NCBI GenBank assembly: GCA_027624045.1
Contig: JAQBUE010000003.1
Coordinates: 1 to 60,835, forward strand
Length of the DNA stretch: 60,835 nucleotides
Direction: 5' to 3'
Source: Acidobacteriota bacterium
Lineage (GTDB): Bacteria; Acidobacteriota; Terriglobia; Bryobacterales; UBA6623
In this document: positions 10,389 through 20,004 of the stretch, piece after piece
How positions within the stretch are numbered: position 1 is the stretch's first letter
Layout: every line of letters starts with the position of its first letter
Translations under genes and position numbers: made by a program
The notes under the pieces: generated by a model
The model's input: the letters and a program-made list of their open reading frames with translations, nothing else
What the model was told of the DNA's origin: nothing
The model's database searches: none

Positions 10389-11189
10389 CTATTGGGCGAT
10401 CCATCCGCCGTCAATGACGATATCGGTGCCGGTGATGAACCCCGCGTCTTCCGAACAAAGATACACCGCCAGCGCACCGATCTCTTCGACCTTGCCCCAT
10501 CGGCCGGCAGGGATTCGCGAAAGGAACTGCGCGTTCTTCTCCGGGTCATCGAGAATGGCTTTATTTATCTCGGTCGCGAACGGTCCGGGACTGATCCCGT
10601 TGGCGGTGATGTGATGGGGCGCAAGCTCGAGCGCCAGCGCTCTTGTCATGCCAAGCAGCCCGGCCTTCGTGGTGCTGTAGCCGGTGCGAAGCGGGATCGA
10701 GACGTGCGACATGATCGACGTCATGTTGATGATGCGTCCCCACTTCTTTTCCTTCATCCCCGGTACGAACGCGCGGCACATCAGAAAAGGTCCCGTCAGG
10801 TTGATCCCGACGATCTCGTTCCATTCCCCCATTGAAAATTCATCGACAGCCTTACGGTTGTTGATGCCGGCGTTGTTGATGAGAATGTCGCAGGTTCCGA
10901 GCTGCTCGGAAATCTGTGCGGCGACATCAGCCACCGCGGCCTCGTCGCTAACATCCGCCACGGCCACCGCGGCCTTGCCGCCTTTGTCGCGGATGCCCGC
11001 GGCTACCTCGTCAAGAAGGGCCTTGCTGCGGGCGACGAGCCCGACGGCCGCGCCCGAGGCCGCCAGCGATTCCGCCATCTGCCGACCGAGACCTTTACTC
11101 GCGCCGGTGATGACCGCTACGTGGCCTTCCAGGGATCTTGAACTCACGGTGTTTTTCTCTTGTTCCAACTCGAACGTAGACTGTAACAC
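10389..11189 (-). CDS. SDR family oxidoreductase
   Basis: The cofactor motif is TGASKGLG, and NNAG and a Y...K catalytic region ([18 protein letters not shown]) are present. GTG start at 11189; an internal GTG (VSSRSLEG) is also possible. Confidence 0.85.
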   Translation of the reverse strand: MLQSTFELEQEKNTVSSRSLEGHVAVITGASKGLGRQMAESLAASGAAVGLVARSKALLDEVAAGIRDKGGKAAVAVADVSDEAAVADVAAQISEQLGTCDILINNAGINNRKAVDEFSMGEWNEIVGINLTGPFLMCRAFVPGMKEKKWGRIINMTSIMSHVSIPLRTGYSTTKAGLLGMTRALALELAPHHITANGISPGPFATEINKAILDDPEKNAQFLSRIPAGRWGKVEEIGALAVYLCSEDAGFITGTDIVIDGGWIAQ

Positions 11190-11195
11190 AGCCTT

Positions 11196-11747
11196 TTAAG
11201 CAAGATACATGTGCTTGGCCGCCAAGATGGCCATGCCGACGATGAATCCGGCTAAGGCTTGGTATTCCTGATTTCGGCGATAGAGTTTCGGCTGGAATGC
11301 CGCGCCCGTCGTGTAGCGCGGACGAAGCTTGGGCCACAGCCTCGGAACCCGTTCGCAATACTCCTTATAGGGGGGGAACTTCGCGGCAAGGTATTTTTCC
11401 TCCTCTTCGATCACGGGCAGGTAGAACAGCAGGAAGAAAGCAATCAGCAGCGCTCCGATGGCGATCTGCGCGCCCGCGATCGCGAAACCCACGCCCACTA
11501 ACAGCGTTCCGAGATAAAGCGGATTTCGGGTGTATGCGAAAGGACCCGAAGTCGACAGGCTTTCGTACTTCGCCAAGTGCCCGGCGGCCCAGCCGCGCAG
11601 CAGAATTCCCGCGATACCGGCGGCCAATCCCAGTGAGAGAGATCGCTCGGTAGGCTGGGCCAGATACAGGAACGCGGCGGCCACGACGAAACCCGCGGCG
11701 ACTCGCCGGCGTGCCACCCACTCCGCATAGCCTTTTGGAAACGCCAT
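11196..11747 (-). CDS. Isoprenylcysteine carboxyl methyltransferase (ICMT) / phospholipid methyltransferase family membrane protein
   Basis: Polytopic 183-aa protein with the family block GPFAYTRNPLYLGTLLVGVGFAIA and EEEKYLAAKFP.YKEY. Confidence 0.75.
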   Translation of the reverse strand: MAFPKGYAEWVARRRVAAGFVVAAAFLYLAQPTERSLSLGLAAGIAGILLRGWAAGHLAKYESLSTSGPFAYTRNPLYLGTLLVGVGFAIAGAQIAIGALLIAFFLLFYLPVIEEEEKYLAAKFPPYKEYCERVPRLWPKLRPRYTTGAAFQPKLYRRNQEYQALAGFIVGMAILAAKHMYLA

Positions 11748-11968
11748 CGTCCGATCAGTCTACCCTGAAACCTCAATTCTCTTGCCTAAATCCTTCGCCA
11801 CGCGGAACAGTGCCCAGAGACAAGAAGCTCATCCATATCGCAACATGATCCATCGCGAGCATCGATCGGCCATATTAGAACAAAGGCCGGGCACGCTTCA
11901 GCCTGCTCGACGCGACAAGCAGCGGTGTTGTCGTTTGGGCTGCCAGGTTGTGGCTGTTAATTTGGGCT

Positions 11969-13063
11969 ATGAGTTCGAACACGCAAACGGCATCTGGTCT
12001 GCCTCAGCGATACGCGGCAGGTTCCCGCGATAGGCAACTCGTCGCGGCGCTCGTAAGGTGGTACAGGCGTCACCGGCGCGACCTGCCGTGGCGCGAAACC
12101 AGCGATCCCTATGCGATCTGGGTTTCGGAGATCATGTTGCAGCAGACGCGTGTAACCGCGGCGCTGCCGTACTACGTACGCTTCCTCGCCGAATTCCCCG
12201 ACGTCGATTCGCTGGTCCGCGCCAAGGAAGCAAAACTGCTCGAAGTGTGGAGCGGGTTGGGCTACTACCGCCGCGCCCGCCAAATGCAACAGGCCGCGCG
12301 AGTCATCGCTGAACAACACGACGGTGCCTTCCCCAACACCTTTGAGGCTCTTCTCGCTTTGCCCGGTGTGGGCCCTTACACGGCCGCTGCGATTGCCAGT
12401 ATCGCGTTTCGCCGGCCGCACGCGGTGCTAGACGGCAACGTCATCCGGGTCATCAGCCGGCTCGTCGACGAAGACGGAGACGTGACGCGCTCTGAGGTGA
12501 AAGAAGCTCTGCGGCTGAAAGCTCAATCGCTCGGCGACACCGGAGCGCCGCGGCGTTTCGGCGAGTTCAATCAAGCTGTGATGGAGCTCGGCGCGACGCT
12601 TTGTGTTCCCCGCAACCCGCACTGCCTCGTCTGCCCGCTTGCGAGCGGCTGCGTGGCGTACAAGAGGGGTGTACAAGAATCGCGTCCGGTCAAGCCGCCC
12701 AAGGGCCGCACTCTCGAGCTGGAGATGGTGGTGGCCGTGGTCCGCCGCGGGTCGAGTCTTCTGATGCGGCAGCGTCCGGCTGATGAGGCCCTCATGCCGG
12801 GCTTTTGGGAGCTGCCGGAGGAAGCGGCCGAGAGGCTCGATGAGAACTGCCTCCAGGATCTCGGCATTCAACTGGTTGAGGAACTCGGTCGGTTCCGGCA
12901 CGGAATCACCTTTCGCTCCTACCGCGGCCGTGTTTATCGAGCAAGACTCGCCGGATCCCTGCCCCGCGGCTATGACTGGATTGCGGCCGGACACCTTGAC
13001 AAAATACCGCTGACAACCGTAACCCGAAAGGCCTTGAAAGCGAAGCTACGAGTGCAAGACTGA
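11969..13063 (+). CDS. mutY: A/G-specific adenine DNA glycosylase
   Basis: HhH-GPD region (PYAIWVSEIMLQQTRV..., LPGVGPYTAAAIASIAF). The 4Fe-4S loop is CVPRNPHCLVCPLASGC. A C-terminal NUDIX-like domain is present. Confidence 0.92.
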   Translation: MSSNTQTASGLPQRYAAGSRDRQLVAALVRWYRRHRRDLPWRETSDPYAIWVSEIMLQQTRVTAALPYYVRFLAEFPDVDSLVRAKEAKLLEVWSGLGYYRRARQMQQAARVIAEQHDGAFPNTFEALLALPGVGPYTAAAIASIAFRRPHAVLDGNVIRVISRLVDEDGDVTRSEVKEALRLKAQSLGDTGAPRRFGEFNQAVMELGATLCVPRNPHCLVCPLASGCVAYKRGVQESRPVKPPKGRTLELEMVVAVVRRGSSLLMRQRPADEALMPGFWELPEEAAERLDENCLQDLGIQLVEELGRFRHGITFRSYRGRVYRARLAGSLPRGYDWIAAGHLDKIPLTTVTRKALKAKLRVQD

Positions 13064-13147
13064 TAATAGGAGCGCTACGAACACAACTTTCTATGGGGCG
13101 CGTGCGTTTGTACTTTTGTACTCCTGAAAAGACCGGCCACCTTTTGC

Positions 13148-14707
13148 GTGGACCTATTTGGGAAGCTCGTTCCAGCCATGTATCTTCGAAACGCTACCAT
13201 CGCCGTGCTGTTCAGCGCGCTCCTCTACAGTCCCCTCTTCCTGTTCTCCAAACCGGAAGGATTTGAGATTGACGCTCGTGTTACGGGCTATCCGTTCCCC
13301 GGCGAGGGTTCTTGCGCACAATCTGACTGTCATGGTGACGGCATGGGAGCCAACAAGGGGATGGGTAACATCGCCATCTCAATCCATGGACAACCCGCGA
13401 GCGCGTACTCCTACAGTCCCGGCGAAACAGTTCCAGTTCGAGTGACGATCTCCGAGCCCAGTTCCCTTCAACAGCGCTTCGGTTTCCAGATTACTTCTCG
13501 AACTCCTGACGGCTGCACGCAGGCCGGCATGTTTTCGATGGCCGGCGATCCGAACCTGCTGTTCTTCCTGGACAGCGAAGCAACAGCTCCCTGCCAACCG
13601 GAGCCGATTCAGTTCGTGACTCATGGTCTGGCTGCGACCCGTGAACCTCCCAGCATGCAGCCTGTGACCTTCGAATTGAACTGGACCGCCCCGTCCACCG
13701 ATATCGGCCCTATCGTTATCGCGGCGGCCGGCAATGCCGCCAACGGCGACACGGAAGAAACCGGTGACAACATCTACACGACCGGCGAGATGATTGAGCC
13801 GGTTGCGGGCGGGGGAGCTGAACCCCCAGTGATTTCGGCGGTGCTGAACAACGCCACCAACCTTCTCGAGAACGAACCCGGCAGCGCGGTCGCGCCCGGC
13901 ACCGGCATCTCGATATTCGGCGAGGGATTCGCGTCGCACCTCCCTGTCCCGCTGCCGGCGCCTCTGGTCTCATTGCAGATCCCGCTGGAAACAACGTTGG
14001 GAGATCTGACAGTCACGATCGACGGCTTCGCGATGCCTATCTTCGGCATTTTCAGAGAAGAGGATTTCGGCGTCGGGTTCGACCAGATCAACGGCCAGCT
14101 TCCTTGGGGAGTGCTCGCCGGCGGCAAGAGTACGGCGACAATGCTGATTACGAGTGGTGGTGTGACGAGCGAGCCGCGTGAGATTACTGTCGAGCCGGCG
14201 TCACCGGGTATCTATTCCTGGGGTTTCGGCCCGGGCCCGGGCATCGTTACGAACTTCGTACTAGGCAAGGTGGAATTCGCTCAGGCACCCGGCACTTTTT
14301 GTGCGTCGTTCGGCTTGGCGCACGAACTCTGCGTGCCGACCGATCCCGAACAAGTCCCCGTCGTCAATGAAAAGGCAGCCGAGGTCGGTGGCATCATCAC
14401 GGTCTGGGCCAACGGCCTGGGACCATTGAGCGGCATGGTCGCGAGCGGCGATATACCTGAGCCGGAAGCGGGCCTGTTGTTCGCTACGAAGACCGTGAAG
14501 GTTATCATCGGCGGTCGGGAGGCGGAGGTTCTCGGCGGCGCCATCCTGCATCCGATATTTGTCGCGCTGAACCAGATCAACGTGCGGATTCCCGAAGGCC
14601 TCACACCCGGTGATGCCGTACCGATCGTGATCGAAGTTGACTGCGGGGACGGCAATGTCTTCAGCAGCCGCGGAGATGTGACGATCGCCGTCGCCGCGGC
14701 CCCCTAG
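13148..14707 (+). CDS. Secreted protein: an N-terminal beta-sandwich-like domain with a CX4CH motif, plus a C-terminal TIGR03437-like (Solibacter C-terminal) domain
   Basis: Signal-like N-terminus (GTG 13148 or ATG 13178). The C-terminal half follows the TIGR03437 pattern as I recall it (PVISAVLNNA...VAPGTGISIFGEGF..., ...INGQLPW..., ...ASPGIY..., ...NQINVRIPEGLTPGDAVPIVIEV). Confidence 0.65.
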   Translation: MDLFGKLVPAMYLRNATIAVLFSALLYSPLFLFSKPEGFEIDARVTGYPFPGEGSCAQSDCHGDGMGANKGMGNIAISIHGQPASAYSYSPGETVPVRVTISEPSSLQQRFGFQITSRTPDGCTQAGMFSMAGDPNLLFFLDSEATAPCQPEPIQFVTHGLAATREPPSMQPVTFELNWTAPSTDIGPIVIAAAGNAANGDTEETGDNIYTTGEMIEPVAGGGAEPPVISAVLNNATNLLENEPGSAVAPGTGISIFGEGFASHLPVPLPAPLVSLQIPLETTLGDLTVTIDGFAMPIFGIFREEDFGVGFDQINGQLPWGVLAGGKSTATMLITSGGVTSEPREITVEPASPGIYSWGFGPGPGIVTNFVLGKVEFAQAPGTFCASFGLAHELCVPTDPEQVPVVNEKAAEVGGIITVWANGLGPLSGMVASGDIPEPEAGLLFATKTVKVIIGGREAEVLGGAILHPIFVALNQINVRIPEGLTPGDAVPIVIEVDCGDGNVFSSRGDVTIAVAAAP

Positions 14708-14760
14708 CCGCTCCGAAAACAGCTAACCTATTGGCTTCCGCGCATGAACTGGAGGCTAAT

Positions 14761-15666
14761 ATGACCCGACGCGAATACCTCGCCCTTTCCGCTGCCGGCG
14801 CACTCGCTAACGCCGGTTCGGCCGCCGCCGCCGATGACGACGCTCCCATCATCAACGGCGCCGAACACGCCTGGGTTCTTCATGACGAGCGTTTTCCGAT
14901 CAACTCGCGGCTCTCAAATTGCCCCAACAGCAAGCCGAATCGCGAATACTCGATGGAGTTGCTGCTCGCTGAAATGAAGACCTACAGCATCGACAAAGTC
15001 GTCATCAGCCACGTTTGCACCTACGGCAGCGACAACTCCTACCCGGCCCACATGCTCAAGACGCACCCGAAGCTTTTCGCGGCAATCGGTCTGCTGGTCG
15101 GATACCGGCTTTACGGCCCCGGCGATCCGGAGAACCCGTCGCGGCTCGAACGCCTGATGAAAGACCAGGGCTTCTCGGGGCTGCGGCTGAGCTGCATCTA
15201 CGACAAGAACGTCGTATGGATGAACGACCCGATCATGTACCCATTTTGGAAGAAGGCCGAGCAGCTGGGAGCGGTTTTCAATATCTTCCTGGCACCGCAA
15301 CAGATCCCGCAGGTCGCCGATATGGCCGAGCGTTTTCCGGGCGTCAAGATCGTGATCGATCACTTCGCGATGATCGACATCAGCCGTCCCGATGAAGAAG
15401 GCATCATCCCGATCCTGAATCTCCAGAAGTTCCCCAACGTCTACATCCGCACTTCGCTGCACAATCCTTCGAAGCAGGATATCCCCTATCGCGACATGTG
15501 GCCGTATCTAGAGCGCGTCTACGACCGCTTTGGACCGCGGCGCATGCTTTACGCCAACTTCTTCGAGACGCTCATCATGCAGGACATCATTCCGTTCTTC
15601 ACGCCCGAGGACAAGAAGTGGATCATGGGCAAGACCGCGGCGGGGATCTACCACTTCGGAGCCTAA
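14761..15666 (+). CDS. Tat-signal amidohydrolase-2 family (TIM-barrel metal-dependent hydrolase)
   Basis: The start is MTRREYLALSAAGALANAGSAAAA. The family-like C-terminal region includes KIVIDHFAMID. Confidence 0.7.
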   Translation: MTRREYLALSAAGALANAGSAAAADDDAPIINGAEHAWVLHDERFPINSRLSNCPNSKPNREYSMELLLAEMKTYSIDKVVISHVCTYGSDNSYPAHMLKTHPKLFAAIGLLVGYRLYGPGDPENPSRLERLMKDQGFSGLRLSCIYDKNVVWMNDPIMYPFWKKAEQLGAVFNIFLAPQQIPQVADMAERFPGVKIVIDHFAMIDISRPDEEGIIPILNLQKFPNVYIRTSLHNPSKQDIPYRDMWPYLERVYDRFGPRRMLYANFFETLIMQDIIPFFTPEDKKWIMGKTAAGIYHFGA

Positions 15667-15751
15667 TGGCTAGGCCAGGAGTCTATCCCGATGGAAGATC
15701 TGACCACCATTGCGGACTCATCCCGGAAAGAAACGTAGTAGGACCGATTCG

Positions 15752-15778
15752 GCCAAACGGAAAAGTTTCGGGCTTGGC
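15752..15778. terminator. Imperfect hairpin between convergent genes (possible bidirectional terminator)
   Basis: GCCAAACGGAAA-AG-TTTCGGGCTTGGC. There is an outer 5-bp stem and an inner 6-bp stem with one mismatch. No clear U-tract. Confidence 0.25.
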
Positions 15779-15790
15779 AAGAAATGAAGG

Positions 15791-18118
15791 CTATGGTTCC
15801 ACCGGAGTGGGCGCCTCGCTGCCGGGCGGCGGGGCCTGGCCGGCTTCGATCGCTTTTTCGAACTCGGAGAGTGGCTGAATGAAGCGGGCATCGAGAGTGG
15901 CGGCTTTTCGAATATGAGCCAGCCCTTGACCCTGCCGCCCCGCCCCAACAAGCGCTACACCGAGACTGAAGTGCCCCGGGGCCGAACTCGGGTCGATGCG
16001 CAGGGCTTGCACAAAAGAATTGACGGCCTGAGGACTTTGCCCCATCTGGTGCTGAGCGCTGCCGAGATTGAAGTGAGCCTGAAATGAATCGGGTTTCAGG
16101 CCAATCGCCTTCACGTAGAGCGGGATGGCATCGCCATAGTCGCCGCGGGCGGCGTACATATAGCCGAGATTGATAAGCGCATCCACGTAGCCCGAGTCGA
16201 TCCGCAGTGCTTCCTGAAGGTGACTGATGCCCTGCGCCACGTCACCCTGGGCCGCCAAGTCAATTCCGAGATTGTTGTGAGCAATGGCGTAGCGAGGCCG
16301 CAATGCGAGTGCTCGGCGGTATTGCTGTATGGCCTGATCACGGTTGCCTTGCGCGCCAAGAGCGATGCCGAGTTCGGTATGCGCTTCGGCGGAATCAGGA
16401 TCGAGGGCAAGGGCCCGCTGGAGTTGCGACAATCCCTCGGGAACGGATCCTTGGTCGACCAGTTCGGTGCCGAGGTGAAGATGGGCATCGGCGTAGTTCG
16501 GATTGATCTCGACGGCCCGCCGATAGAGCGCGATCGCTTCTTCCAACTGGCCGTGGGCGGCGGCGTTTTGGCCCATCAGATCGAGCGTTTCGGCGTCAGG
16601 GCCGAGCAGCTCGCCGGCTTTAGCCAGCGTACGGGAGGCTTCATCGAACCTGCCCAGCCAGGAAGAGAGCCGAGCGAGATTGCGTAGGGCCGCGCCGTGG
16701 GTCTTCCTGTCGAGTCGTCCCTCGACTCGCTCACTGACTTTCGTGAGGGCATCATCACCCCATGTGCCCGAGCGGGAAGCGATACCGCGCTGTTCGAGAA
16801 CCTTGAGCAGTTCAAGGGCTAACAGGCGGTGTCCGGTGAGTGTGGGATGAACATGGTCGAGAAACTCGTCGGATCCGGGGATCTCGTGGTCGGCCTGCTG
16901 CTCGATCAACTGCTGAAAATCGACGAGAGGGACATCCTGTTCCGCCGCGATCTCGGTGATGATCTGTTGTATCTCCGGCAGGGCGCGGAGGGGGCAAACA
17001 TCCTCTTCGAGCGCGCGCAGGAAAGCCGTTTTGGCATCGGCGTAGCGGCCCAGGCTGAAGAGTGCGCGGCCGCGGTGATAGTGCCCGGCGGCATAGCGGC
17101 CGTCCAGCGTGACGGCTTCATCGAGCGCGAGTAGGGCGTCCTGCCAGCGCTGGTTCGAGGCTGCTTCGAGCGCGCTCTCAAAGAGCGTAACGAGGCGGCG
17201 CCGATCCTCAAACGCGACACCCGGGCCGGGCTCGCTCTTGAAGGGGGCACTGTCCTTGAGGTTAGCGGCGGGGGTCACGAGTACGACAGCGGCGCCGGCG
17301 GAACCGGCGAGCCGGATCATGCGCTGTAGATTGAAGCGGAAGTGCGCCAAGGTCTTCGCGCGGCCTGCTTCGTCGCGGTGGTACGCTTCCGGGCCAACGG
17401 TATTGGCTAGTATCGTGTCAACTTCGGTCGCGAGAACCGGACGCTGACCTGCCGCGGCGCGCGGTCGGCCCTGGATAGTCCGCACAAGCTGGTCTCCGGC
17501 TGAGAAGATTCGGGTACGGCTTAGGACTCCCGCTGCTGTTGTAAGTGCTGACGGCGTCTCGATGGCATCGGGATAGGTGCGGCGCTCCAGAAACTCGTTG
17601 TGGCCGGTGTAGATGACGAACAGGTCAGGCTCGTATGCCGCGAGTTCCTCCATCACCACCGCAACCCTGTAGCTGGCGTAGCTGATGCCGCCGGCATTGA
17701 TCACTTCCCACTGTTTCGAGGGGTCGGCCGCCGGCAGGATCTCGCGTAGCCAGCCGCTGAACGAAACGTTATCGCTGTACGGGCGGCCGTACGTCGTGGA
17801 CCCGCCGAGCGTGAAGATACGATACGTATCGGTGGGCTTTGCTTTCGGGAAACGTTGGGGATTGAACCAGCGAGCTCGGTTCGGCGCGGTAACAAGGTCA
17901 GTGCCGCCGGCCTCTTCATCCTCCACGAAGAGAGGAATGCTTGATGCGAACCCCAAATACGGGTCGTCGTGCAGGACGAGTGGCTCGATGCCCGCGAAGA
18001 AGAGCCCCAACTCCAGCAACAAGAAGAACGCTGCGATGGCAATAATCGCGAAGAGAGCCTTCTTGCGAGGAGGAGTTTTGGGGCGCTCCTGGCGAGCGTG
18101 TTTCTTCCGCCGGGCCAT
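15791..18118 (-). CDS. Membrane-anchored SGNH/GDSL-like domain plus tetratricopeptide repeat protein
   Basis: N-terminal TM helix (FAIIAIAAFFLLLELGLFFAGI). An SGNH-like block is present (YRIFTLGGSTTYG). The C-terminal half consists of many TPR units (e.g. AHTELGIALGAQGNRDQAIQQYRRALALRP). Confidence 0.8.
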   Translation of the reverse strand: MARRKKHARQERPKTPPRKKALFAIIAIAAFFLLLELGLFFAGIEPLVLHDDPYLGFASSIPLFVEDEEAGGTDLVTAPNRARWFNPQRFPKAKPTDTYRIFTLGGSTTYGRPYSDNVSFSGWLREILPAADPSKQWEVINAGGISYASYRVAVVMEELAAYEPDLFVIYTGHNEFLERRTYPDAIETPSALTTAAGVLSRTRIFSAGDQLVRTIQGRPRAAAGQRPVLATEVDTILANTVGPEAYHRDEAGRAKTLAHFRFNLQRMIRLAGSAGAAVVLVTPAANLKDSAPFKSEPGPGVAFEDRRRLVTLFESALEAASNQRWQDALLALDEAVTLDGRYAAGHYHRGRALFSLGRYADAKTAFLRALEEDVCPLRALPEIQQIITEIAAEQDVPLVDFQQLIEQQADHEIPGSDEFLDHVHPTLTGHRLLALELLKVLEQRGIASRSGTWGDDALTKVSERVEGRLDRKTHGAALRNLARLSSWLGRFDEASRTLAKAGELLGPDAETLDLMGQNAAAHGQLEEAIALYRRAVEINPNYADAHLHLGTELVDQGSVPEGLSQLQRALALDPDSAEAHTELGIALGAQGNRDQAIQQYRRALALRPRYAIAHNNLGIDLAAQGDVAQGISHLQEALRIDSGYVDALINLGYMYAARGDYGDAIPLYVKAIGLKPDSFQAHFNLGSAQHQMGQSPQAVNSFVQALRIDPSSAPGHFSLGVALVGAGRQGQGLAHIRKAATLDARFIQPLSEFEKAIEAGQAPPPGSEAPTPVEP

Positions 18119-18191
18119 TAGGCGTTGATTCTAGCGTGACGGGAGTGCGGCGCCGCTCGCGGGCCGCTCGTTGAACGTAACCCTAGCGTTA

Positions 18192-18983
18192 TCAGGCCGC
18201 CTTCCGCAGCTTGTCGAAATCAACCCGGGCGAGGGTCGACTCGGAGTATTCGGCCAGGCCCAGCATCGTGAGGCAGCGGATCACAGGCCACGCCGGATCG
18301 ATCTCCCACTTGCGTGCCTTCATCGTCGCCGAGCGCGGAAACTCGTGGTGGTTATTGTGCAAACCTTCACCAGCCGTGATGAGGGCAACCCACTGCAGGT
18401 TCGTCGCTTTTTGACCCTCGAAGTTCCGGTAGCCTACCTTGTGGCAGATGCTATTAATCATGGCGTTGAGGAAGATGTACATTCCGGCGTTCAAGAACCA
18501 CGTGGCAATGCCGAGCAGTCCGCCGGCCCACCAACTCAGTCCGAAGATAAGCGGGAATGAGACGGCCAGCAGTAACATGCCGATCGTCGGCCCGAGGTCG
18601 CCAATCAAGGGGACGCGGTCAATCAGATCGTCTTTCCAGTTAGGTGTGAACGTGTCAATTGTTTCCTGTTTTTGGGTCTCACGCTTATACATCACGACGT
18701 TCAGGAACAAGACCCTCCAGAGCCCCTCAATGTAGGGGCTATGCGGATCGCCTTCCTGATCGGAGAAGCGGTGGTGCTTGCGATGCACAGCAGCCCATTC
18801 GCGCGGCTTGATACCGGTCGCGAGGGCCAACTCCAGATGCATCAAAAAGCCGATGAATGGATGCAGCTTGAGGCCTTCATGCGTGTTGGCCCGGTGAAGG
18901 TAAATCGTTGTGCAAAATGTGGACACCTGCGCGATTAGAAACGCGACGAGGGTAGACCACAGGATGATCGATAGCAGAGTCAT
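18192..18983 (-). CDS. Membrane fatty-acid (acyl-CoA/acyl-lipid Delta9-type) desaturase
   Basis: Three histidine boxes are present: HRANTH, HRKHHRFSD and HNNHHEFP. The protein is polytopic, 263 aa. Confidence 0.85.
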   Translation of the reverse strand: MTLLSIILWSTLVAFLIAQVSTFCTTIYLHRANTHEGLKLHPFIGFLMHLELALATGIKPREWAAVHRKHHRFSDQEGDPHSPYIEGLWRVLFLNVVMYKRETQKQETIDTFTPNWKDDLIDRVPLIGDLGPTIGMLLLAVSFPLIFGLSWWAGGLLGIATWFLNAGMYIFLNAMINSICHKVGYRNFEGQKATNLQWVALITAGEGLHNNHHEFPRSATMKARKWEIDPAWPVIRCLTMLGLAEYSESTLARVDFDKLRKAA

Positions 18984-19122
18984 TCGTTCCCCGGCAAATC
19001 AGTGAAGGTGAGAGGAAGGATCGCCAGAGAAACGTCTGACGATGGGCAGAGGGGCTCCCACACGCTCCCGTAACATCCTAACACGGAGGCTCGCGCTTTT
19101 CCCCCAGAAATCACCTGTCCAT

Positions 19123-19893
19123 CTAGATTCCCTTCGCCAGGAAGCCACCGTCGACCGGAATCGTTACACCCGTTACAAACTTCGCGGCGTCGGAGGCGAG
19201 AAACACGGCTGCTCCGACCATTTCATCGAGCGTGCCGATGCGACCCATGGGCGTGCGCTTGACGATGGCATCCATGCGCTCGGGGATGTCGAGCACCTTG
19301 CTGTTGAGCGGCGTGCGGAACACACCCGGCGCAACGCCGTTGACGCGCACGCCGTGCGTGGCCCATTCGGTGGCCAGCGTCTCGGTGAGCATTTTGACGC
19401 CCGCCTTGCTGCAGTTGTACGAGCAGACCTGCGCGAAGCTGACGAAGCTGGTCATGGACGCGGTGTTGATGATGACGCCGGAACCCTGTTTGATCAGCTG
19501 GCGGCCGAAGATCTGGTTGGCGCGAAAGCTACCGCTCAGGTTGATGTCGATGACGCGCAGCCAGTCTTCCTCGGAAACGTCAGCCGACGGCTCTTTCTTG
19601 AGTGTCCCGGCGGTAACAAGTACGATGTCGATGCGGCCGAATTTTTCAACGACGCGATCACGCAGATTTTCAAGAGATGCGCGGTCCTGAACGTCGGAAA
19701 CAAGACGAAGGGTTTTCGAGCCAAGCGCCTCGAGTTCATTGGCCGTGGCGTCGACGGATTCCTGCCGGCGACTGCTCGCGACGACGGTAGCGCCGGAGCG
19801 CGCGAATCCGAGCGCAATGGCCTGCCCAATACCGCTCGTGCCGCCAATGGCGACGGCTATTTTGCCGGTCAGATCAAAAGGGTTTTCCGCCAA
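19123..19893 (-). CDS. SDR family oxidoreductase
   Basis: GGTSGIG cofactor motif and YNCSKAGVKMLTETLA catalytic region. TTG start at 19893; there is no in-frame ATG near the N-terminus. Confidence 0.85.
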   Translation of the reverse strand: MAENPFDLTGKIAVAIGGTSGIGQAIALGFARSGATVVASSRRQESVDATANELEALGSKTLRLVSDVQDRASLENLRDRVVEKFGRIDIVLVTAGTLKKEPSADVSEEDWLRVIDINLSGSFRANQIFGRQLIKQGSGVIINTASMTSFVSFAQVCSYNCSKAGVKMLTETLATEWATHGVRVNGVAPGVFRTPLNSKVLDIPERMDAIVKRTPMGRIGTLDEMVGAAVFLASDAAKFVTGVTIPVDGGFLAKGI

Positions 19894-20004
19894 GTGAGTC
19901 TCCTGTGAGCTGCGAAGGGCTCATTCTCTCGCAAACGCGTAAAGCCATGCAAAGAGACAAATAGTAAAGCAACTGAAACGCATGCTGGCTACACTGGGGT
20001 GATT

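Noticed and set aside
13123-13135. The 13-mer CCTGAAAAGACCG is repeated at 13123-13135 and 50721-50733, in both cases in an intergenic region upstream of a gene
   Set aside because: A rough expectation for chance 13-mer matches in a 60-kb window on both strands is tens of pairs. There is no extended similarity around the matches.
19042-19908. 288-aa plus-strand ORF overlapping the SDR gene. Analogous long shadow ORFs occur at 21040..22029, 25916..26671, 27609..28388, 42698..43324 and 58188..58919.
   Set aside because: Each lies opposite a gene with strong family motifs and has an Arg/Gly/Asp-rich, domain-free composition.
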